DNA of 63,420 bases, counting the filler, from Dimorphilus gyrociliatus (taxonomy: Eukaryota; Animalia; Annelida), in NCBI GenBank assembly GCA_904063045.1. It is 4 parts of 4 records of this genome, joined end to end, with 100 filler letters (N's around TTAATTAATTAA, not from the genome) between each part and the next. Parts side by side here need not be neighbours in the genome. Positions count along the whole stretch, not along the records: positions 1 to 27,415 come from CAJFCJ010000203.1; positions 27,516 to 32,702 come from CAJFCJ010000329.1; positions 32,803 to 58,586 come from CAJFCJ010000220.1; 1 more part is not named here. One strand, given 5' to 3'. Positions 25,193 to 36,640 of the stretch are shown in pieces; position 1 is the first letter of the stretch; the number at the start of each line of letters is the position of its first letter. Made by a program: the position numbers and the translations under genes. Below the pieces are notes generated by a model. That model ran no database searches. It was not told where the DNA came from and saw only the letters and a list, made by a program, of their open reading frames with translations.

Positions 25193-25879
25193 TTAATTTA
25201 AACGGTTTATTCTGTTGTACATTTCAAACTCTTCATCAGAGCATAGGTATTTTAGATTTCCATTGAAGGTAAAAACAATTCTCTTATCATTATCATCATT
25301 GTGTATATCGAAATAGCCTTCCCCAAAAACGGATTCTAATTCCCTTTTTATTGTAATTGAAGTATTTCTTTCTTAAGGAGTTGCTGGTTCTTTTGGTATT
25401 TCATTATTAGCACCTTTAGGAAGCTCCGTATTAACCTTAAAATGATAAACAGGAGAAGTTAATGGAGTACTGTCAATTGGTATGCTACTCACCTCTTTTT
25501 TCAGTTTATCGGCTGTCGAGCTTCGATGATTCTCATCAACCATCCAATAGTTTCCTTTACCACCTTCACCAGCTGACTTCTCAATCTTAACAAAATTTTT
25601 ATCTTCACACAATGTATGTCGTAAAGAGTTATATCAATTTTTTGTGTAAGAGAAGTATTCGTACTTCTTCACAATTTTCTGTTTTATTTCGCTTAGCTTG
25701 AGTAGTTTTCTACCACTGCAACTAATAGCCTCCATTATTAAAGAAGTATAAGTTAGCTGAGGTTTGTAATATATTACGCTTTGCTTATTTCCATTACTGT
25801 CTTCTACTTCGACTGTAATGGAATACTCTTCTTTGCGTCCTCCACTTTTCCCAGGTCTTTTAAACTTATTAGAATACAT
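25193..25879 (-). pseudogene. Forkhead/winged-helix transcription factor gene with two in-frame stops (pseudogene or base errors)
   Basis: One frame reads KPQLTYTSLIMEAI...KN*YNSLRHTLCEDKNFVK...GKGNYWMVD. A TGA (25634-36) stands at the invariant Trp of W-x-N-S-x-R-H. A TAA (25373-75) is followed by about 59 more open codons. Confidence 0.85.
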
Positions 25880-26859
25880 TGTTTATTAAATTCTCTTCGC
25901 ATTTAAGTTTAAAAACCAAACTCACGTCTCAGGAACAGAAGTGAAACTTCTAGAACATTTTTCAAAAACTAGATATAGTACCTGTATTTTGAATTTTAAA
26001 GGCAGTTGACAAGTTTACTATGTTAAATTACAAATTTTGTATCAGAGATCAACATCTGTATCATAATATTCAACAAACAACAAAGAAATGCCTTTTTTCA
26101 GTTAAATACTATTTTTAAGTTAAATTATTTTAAATTATAATCACCACAAATGATTACATTAAACAATAAAAGTGATATCAATTAAAAATATGATTCCAGT
26201 TTTTTATTAAAAATCAAATCTTTCTATATTAACTGAGAAGTTATTTTCATTTTATAAAGCTGAGATACACTTTATATCCAATTAAATTTATAAAGAATAA
26301 AACGTATATTTTATCATTCTAGTGATAATCACAATGCAATCACTCTAAAATAACATAAATACTATTATTTATGTATACATACTCAGCTTACTAACCTAAA
26401 TTTATATTTATGTGAAAATACTACAATTATTCATAACCAATAGGTTATATATTTAGTTTATTGCTCTACAATTAAAAATAAAAATTCCAAATTAATTACT
26501 TTTTAGTTATTTTTTATAATAAAAAACATACATTCTATAATTCTATAATTTTTTATAATAAAACTCAAAAGTAAAAAAATACATTATTTTGTTTTTGTAA
26601 AAACTTTAAAAAATATAAAAATAGTGGATTTTAGGGCTCTCCGACCCACCCTGGGAATAGACCTTAATTTTAAAAATTTTACCCCTATACAATGCTAAAA
26701 ATTTTGAAAAAAGATTTAAAAAAAACATCATTTTATGCAAAAAAAATTCTCAATAGCAATTTAAAAGCTACATAACATATTAAATATAATAAAAAAGCAA
26801 GGTAATTGGGCGAAAGTCAAATATTTTTTCGGTGTAACCAATCATTATGTAGATTTGAA

Positions 26860-27415
26860 ACTACAAAACTTGTAGGAACACCTTATGAATACATGAAAAT
26901 AGATATTAAAAAAATACTAAAGGTATTTATAAACATACTAGAAGGATCTAGAATAAGAAAATTACATTCAATATGAATATAACAAAAAAAACTATAAAAA
27001 CATTAATTTAAATATTCTTTAAAAAGAACCACGATTCCATACTAAGTGAGTTCAATCCAATAGGAGGTACAGGTAGTGTTGTAGAGATCGATGAAAGTAA
27101 GTTTGGCAAGCGAAAATATAACAAAGGCCATAAAGTAGAAAGTGTATGGGTTCTTGGAATGATAGATAGAGAAACAAAAAGAACAGTATTAGTTCCTCTA
27201 AAGTCTAAGAAACATGAGGAATCAACGACAATAATAAAGAAATATGTTGCCAAAGGCACAACTATTATAACAGACTATTCGAAGGGTATAATGGCTTGAA
27301 TAAGTATGGTTATGTACATAAAAAAGTAAACCATACAAAGTATTGGAAAGATCCAGTTACAAAAGCTTGTACCAAGACCATATAAGGTCTATGGAATGGA
27401 GTAAAACACTTTATT
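26860..27415 (+). mobile_element. Merlin transposase remnant (another family), cut by the scaffold end
   Basis: PIGGTGSVVEIDESKFGKRKYNKGH, VWVLGMIDR, GTTIITD and HKKVNH. Confidence 0.88.
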
Positions 27416-27515
27416 NNNNNNNNNNNNNNNNNNNNNNNNNNNNNNNNNNNNNNNNNNNNTTAATTAATTAANNNNNNNNNNNNNNNNNNNNNNNNNNNNN
27501 NNNNNNNNNNNNNNN
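27416..27515. other. Artificial scaffold spacer (44 N + TTAATTAATTAA + 44 N)
   Basis: An identical 100-nt spacer recurs at 32703-32802 and 58587-58686; the 12-mer puts stop codons in all six frames. Confidence 0.99.
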
Positions 27516-27677
27516 GTGACTTATATTAGATTTGAGATGTAAAGACTTGATCTTAGCTTTAAGTAGGTTTAGAGATGAAGCTTTATCTTTAAATATAAGA
27601 GATTTAATAGATCTCACTTCGTCCTCCAAAATATCTATCATTGAAGTTGTAAAATTAAAGAAAATAGTAAATAACAT
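27516..27677 (-). CDS. N-terminus of a putative secreted protein, truncated by the scaffold end
   Basis: The ATG sits in AAAGGGCATG (GGG motif). MLFTIFFNFTTS is a hydrophobic start, and the frame is open to the spacer. Confidence 0.45.
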
Positions 27678-27711
27678 GCCCTTTAACACATATTTAACTT
27701 TTATATAGATA

Positions 27712-28487
27712 TTTATTTCTATATAAAATAATAATTGATATTTATTTAATCTTTAAAAAAGAATAATAATTTATTTATTTCTATATTCTTTTAAAAAGAA
27801 TAATAATTGATATTTATTTAATCTTTAAAAAAGAATAATAATTTATTTATTTCTATATTCTTTTAAAAAGAATAATAATTGATATTTATTTAATCTTTAA
27901 AAAAGAATAATAATTTATTTATTTCTATATTCTTTTAAAAAGAATAATAATTGATATTTATTTAATCTTTAAAAAAGAATAATAATTTATTTATTTCTAT
28001 ATTCTTTTAAAAAGAATAATAATTGATATTTATTTAATCTTTAAAAAAGAATAATAATTTATTTATTTCTATATTCTTTTAAAAAGAATAATAATTGATA
28101 TTTATTTAATCTTTAAAAAAGAATAATAATTTATTTATTTCTATATTCTTTTAAAAAGAATAATAATTGATATTTATTTAATCTTTAAAAAAGAATAATA
28201 ATTTATTTATTTCTATATTCTTTTAAAAAGAATAATAATTGATATTTCTATATTCTTTTAAAAAGAATAATAATTTATTTATTTCTATATTCTTTTAAAA
28301 AGAATAATAATTGATATTTATTTAATCTTTAAAAAAGAATAATAATTTATTTATTTCTATATTCTTTTAAAAAGAATAATAATTGATATTTATTTAATCT
28401 TTAAAAAAGAATAATAATTTATTTATTTCTATATTCTTTTTAAAAGAATAATAATTGATATTTATTTAATCTTTAAAAAAGAATAAT
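27712..28487. repeat. 72-bp AT-rich minisatellite, ~10.5 copies, each made of two related 35/37-bp halves
   Basis: ctatattc recurs at 27781, 27853, 27925 and 27997 (period 72), with one deleted unit near 28245. Confidence 0.97.
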
Positions 28488-30223
28488 GTTTAAATTCATT
28501 CTTGAAAATTTAGTTTAGTACTAAAATAGCTTAAAAAAGTGTAGATCTGGAAATAATATTTATATAAATCAGGAAATAATATCAAATTAAATGTAAGATT
28601 TTATTAAAAATTCCATAAGTTTGATAATAATCAAATATAAAGCAAAATTAAATAAAGTAACTTAATCAAATATAAAGCAAAAGTTTATTAATAAATATTA
28701 CTAGTATAGCTTTTAAATACTTCTATAAAAGTTCAAATTTTAATATATCTGAAATCAAAAAATTCATTTCTTATTAAATCAAATCTTTAGAATTACAACT
28801 TGATTACTTTAAGTTATTTGAATTTATTCTTGTGATTTTTTCATTTTTCTATACAAATAAAAAAAGAAATAATTTTTGCTTTTTCTGTAGAAAGAGGCAA
28901 TTTTTAAACCGAATTGTTCAGTTTAAGTCTTTTTAGAGTCTATTTATAATCAAATGAAACTATAAATTAAAAGGTTTTATTAGACTCTAGAAAAAATATC
29001 GTATAAGTACTATTTAAGATTTAAATATCCAATAGACCTGTATTTGATAAAAAAGAATACAAAAGGTTAATTCTTGTTTAGTAAAAATAAATTTAATTTT
29101 AAAAATCTGATATAAACGTATTTTTAAGTTTATTACATTTATAAGAGTAAAGCAGCATCAAAATAACATAAATGTTATGGAATGACTTGATATATTTAAT
29201 ATAAATAGTTTAAAAAACTGTTCTACTTGAAATCTGTGCTGTTTAAAATCACATAATAAAAGATATTAAAGTAAAAGAAAGAAACATTTTCTATAAATTT
29301 TAAATAGTAATTTTTATTTACAATTGGAATTGTGTTCAAAAAACTGTTTTATTAAATATTAATTCCTTTTAATAATAAATAAATCATATTTAAGAAGTAA
29401 TTATAGAAGACTAATAATAAAATTTTATACGATTTTTTTGTTACTTTAATAAGTATATAAATTTTACTTTTTAAATATGAACTATTCAAACCTTTAAAAT
29501 TTATTTTTAAGTCTTATTAAGTAATGAAATTTAATCAACATACTAAAAATAATTAGTAATAAAAAATAAACTTTACGGTAAATTAGTAAGCAATCTTTAT
29601 ATTTCTTTATTTCAAAAATTCTTATTCGTACAATCAAAAAATTCCTTATTCAAATTTATCTAACTAGTGTAATTTTATATTTTAAATTACCAAAAAGATT
29701 TTTTTAGGAAAATCAATTTTATAATATCATAAATACATAAATTTTTATAGTAAAATATATTTCCTTTTATATTTGGAATTACCAAAAAGATTTTTATAGG
29801 AAAATTTTACTTCTCTTTCTATATTTTTGTTTTTCTATACAAATTAACATTTTAAAACTTAATTCTTTAAAATTAATTGTATAAGTTAAAGCAAAACTCC
29901 CCTATCATATTTAATAGACCACTCAACATAAAATACTTAAAAAAATACTTTTATATGTAAAAAACTATAATTAACATGAAAATATATAAAAACATTAACT
30001 TATGAATATCATTTACTTATAATATAAACGATTTCTGGAATGTTTACTTAATTTTTTATATTAAAATTTAATATTTGAATTCTTGAGTTATTTTCTGTTA
30101 TTAAATCACAATACGTTAAAATAGTATATCTAATAGAGTGTTGAGGGTTTCTTCATTAAAGTAATTTTATAACATTAATTTATTATATAAATTTTATTTT
30201 TAATATTTAAATATACTTTTTTA

Positions 30224-30523
30224 TAAAAACGGAAATTATTTATAAAAACAGAAATTTTCTATAATAAGAAAAACTATTATAATAACAGAAATTACCTATA
30301 AAAACAGAAATTGTCTATAATAAGAAAAACTATTATAAGAACAGAAATTTTCTATAATAACAGAAATTTTTGTAATAAGAAAAACTATTATAATAACAGA
30401 AATTGTCTATAATAACAGAAATTTTCTATAATAAGAAAAACTATTATAAGAACAGAAATTTTCTATAAAAACAGAAATTTTCTATAATAAGAAAAACTAT
30501 TATAAGAACAGAAATTACCTATA
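30224..30523. repeat. 18-19-bp minisatellite with a higher-order three-unit pattern
   Basis: Units ataataacagaaattttct and ataataagaaaaactatt alternate roughly 2:1. Confidence 0.93.
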
Positions 30524-31194
30524 ATTTTTTTTTTGTAATATCTGATATAAATAACTGATAAATAAAAGATTAACTCTTTTTTATTTCACTCTTTATTTAA
30601 ATTTAAAGTTTAGAAAATAAATTTTTTTAAAAGTTTTGTTTATTGAAATAGTTCAAAAATATCCTGCCATTTTAACAACTCAAACTTAGTAGACAATTAA
30701 TTAAAAACTAAATACCATAAACAAAACCAGATGTAAAAACGTAAATTTTTACAACTAAAATACACATACAAAAGCTGAAAACATCAAATAAAAAAGGAAA
30801 TGCCAACAAAACTTAAGGCTAAAATTGATGTTTCCAGGGCAGTTGCTATGCTTAAAGGAATTAGCAATATCAATATTCCCTAAAAACTTATCTATTTACA
30901 GAAAGAAGTGTATTCTTTTGCTCTTGTTAATTGAATAGCACTTACATAACTTTAATAGAAATCATGTCCATTAGCAACCAAATAAGACTCATTCTCTTTT
31001 CTGGGATTGCTTTGTGGACACTTTATGGCTCAGTTACTGTTATTCTTACCACAAAACTTGTTTGATAAGATTTGGTTATCATCATTGCCATATTATTTCT
31101 ATTATTAGTTTACTCATAATTCAACCAATTAAAATTCAATGTTTGTTATTTTGAATCTCTTTATATGCTTTATTTAGAAACATATGTCACAAAT

Positions 31195-31496
31195 CTAAAA
31201 TATATGTTTCATAATATTATATGAGATCTATAATATCAGAATATTTTTAATTTTTTAGACCTAAATTTTCCATTTTAAAACTTTTATACATTTTAAGAAA
31301 CAAATATTACTAAAATATATGTTTCATAATATTATATGAGATCTATAATATCAGAGTATTTTTAATTTTTTAGACCTAAATTTTCCATTTTAAAACTTTT
31401 ATACATTTTAAGAAACAAATATTACTAGGATATATGTTTCATAATATTATATGAGATCTATAATATCAGAATATTTTCCATTTTAAAACTTTTATA
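31195..31496. repeat. 115-bp tandem repeat, ~2.6 copies
   Basis: tatatgtttcataatattatatgagatct starts at 31201, 31316 and 31431. Confidence 0.96.
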
Positions 31497-31656
31497 GTTT
31501 TATGATTTTTAAAAATTTTATAAAAAAGTTTTAAAATAAAATTTGATTTTAAACACGAATTTTACAATATATTGTATTTTAAAATCGTATATCAAAAATT
31601 TACCTTAAAAAATAAAAAATCATTTATTTTATCAAATTTCCCCCTAAAATAGATCA

Positions 31657-32702
31657 ATGCTTAATCTAACATGTCTAATAATTAATATAACTACTTTAAA
31701 AGAACACATGGTTAAAGACTTCGAAGAAAAATTTGAAAGTAGAAATAAAATGTTAAAAAATCTACATTCAGATTACAAAATACTACGTAATTCATTCATT
31801 GATAAATCAAGAAGTATTTCAATAAAAGACTTCGAAAAGGAAAAAGAAATAGAAAAATTATTTGACTTATTAGTTGATAATTTTATGTATAGAAGAGCTT
31901 ATGAATTTGGCTTATCTGAGAAGAAAAGATTGGATTACTTTATTAATTCAGAAAATATACAAAATGAAGTGGATTTTGAAAGTTATTACTTGAAATGCGT
32001 AGAGTTATTTAGAAATTCTGTTATATGGGAAAGTATAAAGTTCATATTTTATCATAGAGAAACGGTTGATGAATTTCGTGAAAGAACGTTACAATTTTAT
32101 AATAACAAGTGTTTTGTTTGCCTTTCTAGTATTAAACATGACTATAGGCGTTTTGGAATAATTTTACATTGCGGTCATGTAATTCATTATTTTGATTGTT
32201 TTGAGAAAGAAAGTCCTTTTATTTATGACTTTACAGGGTGGAAATTAAGGTGTAGGTGTTGTCTTAAAGAATATAATAGTGGTTGTTCCTTTTTTATTGT
32301 ATCCCCAACAGGTCATCAACCATATGTTGAATTAGCTGCTACTCAATCTAAGCGGTTAGAATATTTTAATAATATAGACATTTATAAAACGGTAGACATT
32401 AATTATTACTTTGATGAAGCTTATTATGGTTATAAAACACGATATGATATATGTATTTCTGATATTTGCCATAAAATTTTAATCACTGAAAAACGACTTC
32501 GTCCATTTTTTAAAATTTTCTTAAAAATAGCAAGTCGTTGTGCTGAATTAAAAAAATACGAGAAAACAAGAATCCCTGAATGGATAATTAAAGGAGTTAG
32601 ACAACGGTATGATTTTTCTAAAAGAAATGATCCTACACATGATATTATAGTAAAAGAACTGTATTGTTATTCAGTTAATGAATATACAAATTTAAAATTA
32701 AC
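31657..32702 (+). CDS. RING-H2-like zinc-finger protein with a possible signal peptide, 3'-truncated
   Basis: CFVC-x15-CGHVIHYFDC-x16-CRCC motif in an intronless ORF of at least 348 codons. CCCCC lies at 31640-44, just before the ATG. The N-terminus reads MLNLTCLIINITT. Confidence 0.7.
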
Positions 32703-32802
32703 NNNNNNNNNNNNNNNNNNNNNNNNNNNNNNNNNNNNNNNNNNNNTTAATTAATTAANNNNNNNNNNNNNNNNNNNNNNNNNNNNNNNNNNNNNNNNNN
32801 NN
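32703..32802. other. Artificial scaffold spacer
   Basis: 44 N + TTAATTAATTAA + 44 N. Confidence 0.99.
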
Positions 32803-33629
32803 AGTGGATTAGGATGCTAGATATCAGGCTTACTGATACCCCCAATTGTTTCTTTTTTTCTTTTTTTTTATTTCTATAATCCTTAATTGATAATGCCAAA
32901 AAATGAAGAAATAATCAGTGGTCTACTACTCTTTCTTATAAAAATTTGAATATTCAGAAAAAAAAGACAGATTTATTAAACAGCAATGCTTTTACATTAT
33001 AATAATGAAACAAAAATCAGTGTACATTGAAATAAAAAAGCTAATGTTGATGCTGTTGGAAAATTTTCATTTATGGAAATACAAACTACATCATTCCATA
33101 AAATCATTTGGTAATGTACAACTTTTGTTATACTATGCGATTAGATACAACTGATCCATGCACTTACACAAAAAACCTACATTTTTGAAAAGATTATGGA
33201 AATTTACAAATTGGTGAATTATTTACAATAATTAATGTATTGGCTTGTGAACTTCCAATGAATTTCTTTCATTTTGGTAAGACAAAAAAGTTGGAATGAA
33301 AATTTCAAATCATAATTCATTAAAAATAAATATCTGCTCTGTCATTCTTTTGAAAATTTAAAAGAAAAAAGAGATAAATTTAACTTTATTTGTCTATAAA
33401 AATTTTCATAATCAAGTCAATCAATTTGTAAAATGATGTATTTGAAATGGTTGATAAATAATAATGATGAACTGAGTCCTTTGACTAATGCTACTTAAAT
33501 TTATGTTGTACTGCTTTAGCTAAGCTTCATTGTAAGTTTGAAAAATAAAATAGAACTAAAAAAAGCTAAATGATAATCCACAAAGGTTGACAATTGAGCA
33601 CATAGTAACAACTCAGAATTTCATTATTC

Positions 33630-34264
33630 TGTACTGCTCTTGCTGGCGAAATCTATGCGTTTGCAAGTTATAACAATACTGGTTCTACTCGAACCTTTAA
33701 ACAAATGTTTAAATTAAAACGGTTTATTCGCAATAATAATACTTAAGCAAGTAACAATATGAGAGTTCGATAGCAGAGTAGATAGTTTGTAAAAGCAGGT
33801 TGCCAAATTACCAAACTGTCTTCTAATGTTGAGGAGTAGATGGATGGTTCCAGTGGAGGTTGTTTCCAGATGATTCTCCCAGGTCCTTGGGTCCAGATGG
33901 AAGCTGCATGCCAAATGAGAATAGTGAGGATTTATATACTTTGAGGTTTGCCTCTGACATCCAATCATCACTTTACAGTTGCCAAAATGTGTAGTTCATA
34001 TTTATGTTTAGTAACAGGATGTTACAAGGTTGAACATTTAGGAAGGTTAATTGAATTATAACTTGGCCACACCCTAGGCAAGTTAATTAAATTATAACTT
34101 GGCCAAACCTTTATTGGTAATTAAAGATGAGCCTTGAAGCTGACTAATCAGACTTATGTTTGGCCAATGTTATAGCATTTTCTTGCGTAGGTTTTAAGAT
34201 GTACATGTATATGTTGCATAAAATAATAGAGTTCAAGCATGTAAAATATAACCAAAGTTGTACA
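33630..34264 (-). mobile_element. Solo LTR (~635 bp), family copy 1; mirrored at 39471-40087
   Basis: TGTAC...GTACA termini; TATATAAA followed by AATAAA on the minus strand. The flanks ATTC/ACTC are not an exact TSD. Confidence 0.8.
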
Positions 34265-35278
34265 ACTCAGTATAATGGGACGGTATAAACCACACAGTAA
34301 CCGCTCATATAAGAGTTGGGAGTAATGCAAAAGGCTAGTTACAGACAAGGGTTGGATTTAGGGTTAAAGTAAAAGCAGTCATGTAAGGACGAAAGTATAC
34401 CAGTAAAGCAAATGTGATAAATTAAGATGGCTTGTGCAATCAAAACAAGGGATGTGAAATTTGACTGCCTGCCTCAGTAAAAGAATGGGATAGTCAGACA
34501 GTGAAGAAGATGAAAGAGACAGAGGGTAATATGCCGCACACAAAACTCCAGGACAGAGGACAAGATAAAAAGGATCTGAAAGATAGGACAGATTGAAAGG
34601 AGAAGCAACAATGAGAGCAGTAGTAAATCCTGGATTGAGGGGCTTACAGAAACAAAAAGAAAAATTAATAATGAGGAACTCAAAGGGTAAAAGACAAAAT
34701 TCACCCTTCTATGAAAGTACAACAAAAGGATTTGATGTGGAGGAATGGTGGAGGTTTAGAAAAAAGTGTTATTTCATTGAATTTATAATTGTGGAGCTTT
34801 AGAAAGACTTTTATTTAGTAGAATAAGAGTCTAGACCTTTAAAAAGATCTATATTCTGTAGGAAATAGATTCTTTGACCATTACAGATGGTGCCACTATG
34901 GAATTAACAAAGAAACAAACAATATGAAAAAATGCATGTCAAACTTCTTATATCTCATTCAAAACAGATGTGGAAGACGCAGGCTTGTTAGCCATAACTG
35001 ATGTAATAATTTTTCCTGTTTTTTTTTATATATGCATTATGAGACCATTAAATTTAAACTTCATAATCCTTTGTGCTTCAATCTGAAATCATCTGGTCGG
35101 AATCTTGTAGTAGATTTCAATTTGGAATTTTTCAGCATTGTCAGAATGTAATTGTTATCTATATCCGAAATATCAGGTGCAATATAATTTTTGCCAAAAT
35201 AAGTGTTTTTACTATTGGTGTTGATTGGGTTTTTAGCAACATGTCATAGCTTTTATCACCTTCTCTATACCAATCGTT

Positions 35279-35479
35279 GGTTTATGGAGAAAATGTCCAC
35301 AAGAGAAAACATTCACAGGAGAAATCGTCCACAACTAAAGAGAAAATGTCCACAAGAGAGAACGTCCACAGGAGAAAATGTCCATAACTTAGGAGAAAGC
35401 ATGAACAGTAATTTTTTATATGAACAACGGTTTAGAGATTAATATTTGGTATAGATAATTGGATGTTTTCTCCTACACC
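35279..35479. mobile_element. ~200-bp MITE-like element with imperfect ~21-bp TIRs and internal ggagaaaatgtcca-type repeats; mirrored at 38262-38462
   Basis: The ends are ggtttatggagaaaatgtcca and tggatgttttctcctacacc, with 5-6 internal variants of the motif. No TSD seen. Confidence 0.55.
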
Positions 35480-35678
35480 CCTATCAATATAAGTTACAAT
35501 ATTTTGTTTATCTGTTTCATTTGCATTTCTCAAAAAGGATTTCTTTTTTCCTTGAAACTTTTCCAGTCTCATAGCTTCAATATTTGAAATAACTTGATAA
35601 TTTGTGTCTGTTAGCATTATCTTATTAGCATAGTTTGACTCTTTGAGGTCAGTTTTTAATAAATCAAATGCTTTATGT

Positions 35679-36290
35679 TGTACTGCTCTTGCTGGCAAAA
35701 TCTATGCATTTGCAAGTTATAACAATACTGGTTCTACTCAAACCTTTTAAACAAATGTTTAAATTAAAATGGTTTATTCACAATAATAATACTTAAGCAA
35801 GTGCAATATGAGAGTTCAATAGCAGAGTAGATAGTTTGTATTAGCAGGTTGCCAAGTTACCAAACTGTCTTCCAATGTCGAGGAGTTGTTTCCAGGTTAT
35901 CTTTCCAGGTCCTTGGGTTCAGATGGAAGCTGCATGCAGAATGAGAATAGTGAGGATTTATATACTTTGAGGTTTGCCTCTGACATCCAATCATCACTTT
36001 ACAGTTGCCGAAATGTGTAGTTCATATTTATGTTTAGTAAGAGGATGTTACAAGGTTGAACATTTAGGAAGGTTAATTGAATTATAACTTGGCCACACCC
36101 TAGGCAAGTTAATTAAATCATAACTTGGCCAAACCTTTATTGTTAATTAAAGATGAGCCTTCAAACTGACTAATCAGACTTATGTTTGGTCAGTGTTATA
36201 GCATTTTCTTGCGTAGGTTTCAAGATGTACATGTATATGTTGCATAAAATAATAGAGTTCAAGCATGTAAAATATAACCAAAGTTGTACA
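35679..36290 (-). mobile_element. Solo LTR, family copy 2, with ATGT target-site duplication; mirrored at 37452-38061
   Basis: ATGT|TGTAC...GTACA|ATGT, with the TSD at 35675-78 and 36291-94. Confidence 0.88.
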
Positions 36291-36294
36291 ATGT

Positions 36295-36640
36295 GGAATT
36301 AACACTCTTTTTCTTGGTCCACCTAATCCTCTTATGTGTCTGTCTTGATATGGGAGGTTCATTATTGAATAGTTTGGATATGATAAATATCTTCTTAGCT
36401 TGATGCATTCAACATTTTTATCTAGAGTTTTTCAAGATGGTATGACTTTGTGTATTATTACCAACAATTAACAGGCATAAACCACTCTAATTTGTCTTAT
36501 TTATCCAGTTCATTTCTTGTCCAATGTGTTCATTGACTATTTGAACCCAGTCAGCAAATGTGTTAATTGTAGGTTTCTTTATTAAGTCTTTATTTTCTTT
36601 GATAAAACCATATTCAATCAATTCACTTTTCCATTCTTCA
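36295..36640 (-). mobile_element. Decayed Gypsy integrase C-terminal region; mirrored at ~37100-37447
   Basis: KKPTINTFADWVQIVNEHIGQEMNWINK closely matches KPPIYKVDDWVHIRNEHIGQGMNRINT in the integrase at ~58160-58240. Confidence 0.7.

Noticed and set aside
25193-25879. Stop-codon reassignment (TGA=Trp, TAA=Gln) suggested by the forkhead gene
   Set aside because: DPH5, the MULE, the LRR gene and the long PTP3-like frames on the same scaffold contain no in-frame stops and use TGG and CAA normally; the LRR ORF ends at TGA.
27712-30523. CRISPR-like array
   Set aside because: The units are contiguous tandem repeats with no unique spacers, there are no cas genes, and the context is eukaryotic.
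30700-31110. Possible membrane-protein gene on the minus strand
   Set aside because: A hydrophobic stretch is present, but the frame has at least five stops and no recognisable motif.
27416-32802. Horizontal transfer of animal genes into a microsporidian chromosome, or the reverse
   Set aside because: The microsporidian-type and animal-type regions are separated by artificial spacers, so there is no physical linkage.
33714-34348. Small ORFs repeated at 33714, 34154, 39770, 50392 and 50551 as a conserved gene family
   Set aside because: They lie inside the LTR copies and differ by frameshifts; the similarity is just the repeat DNA.
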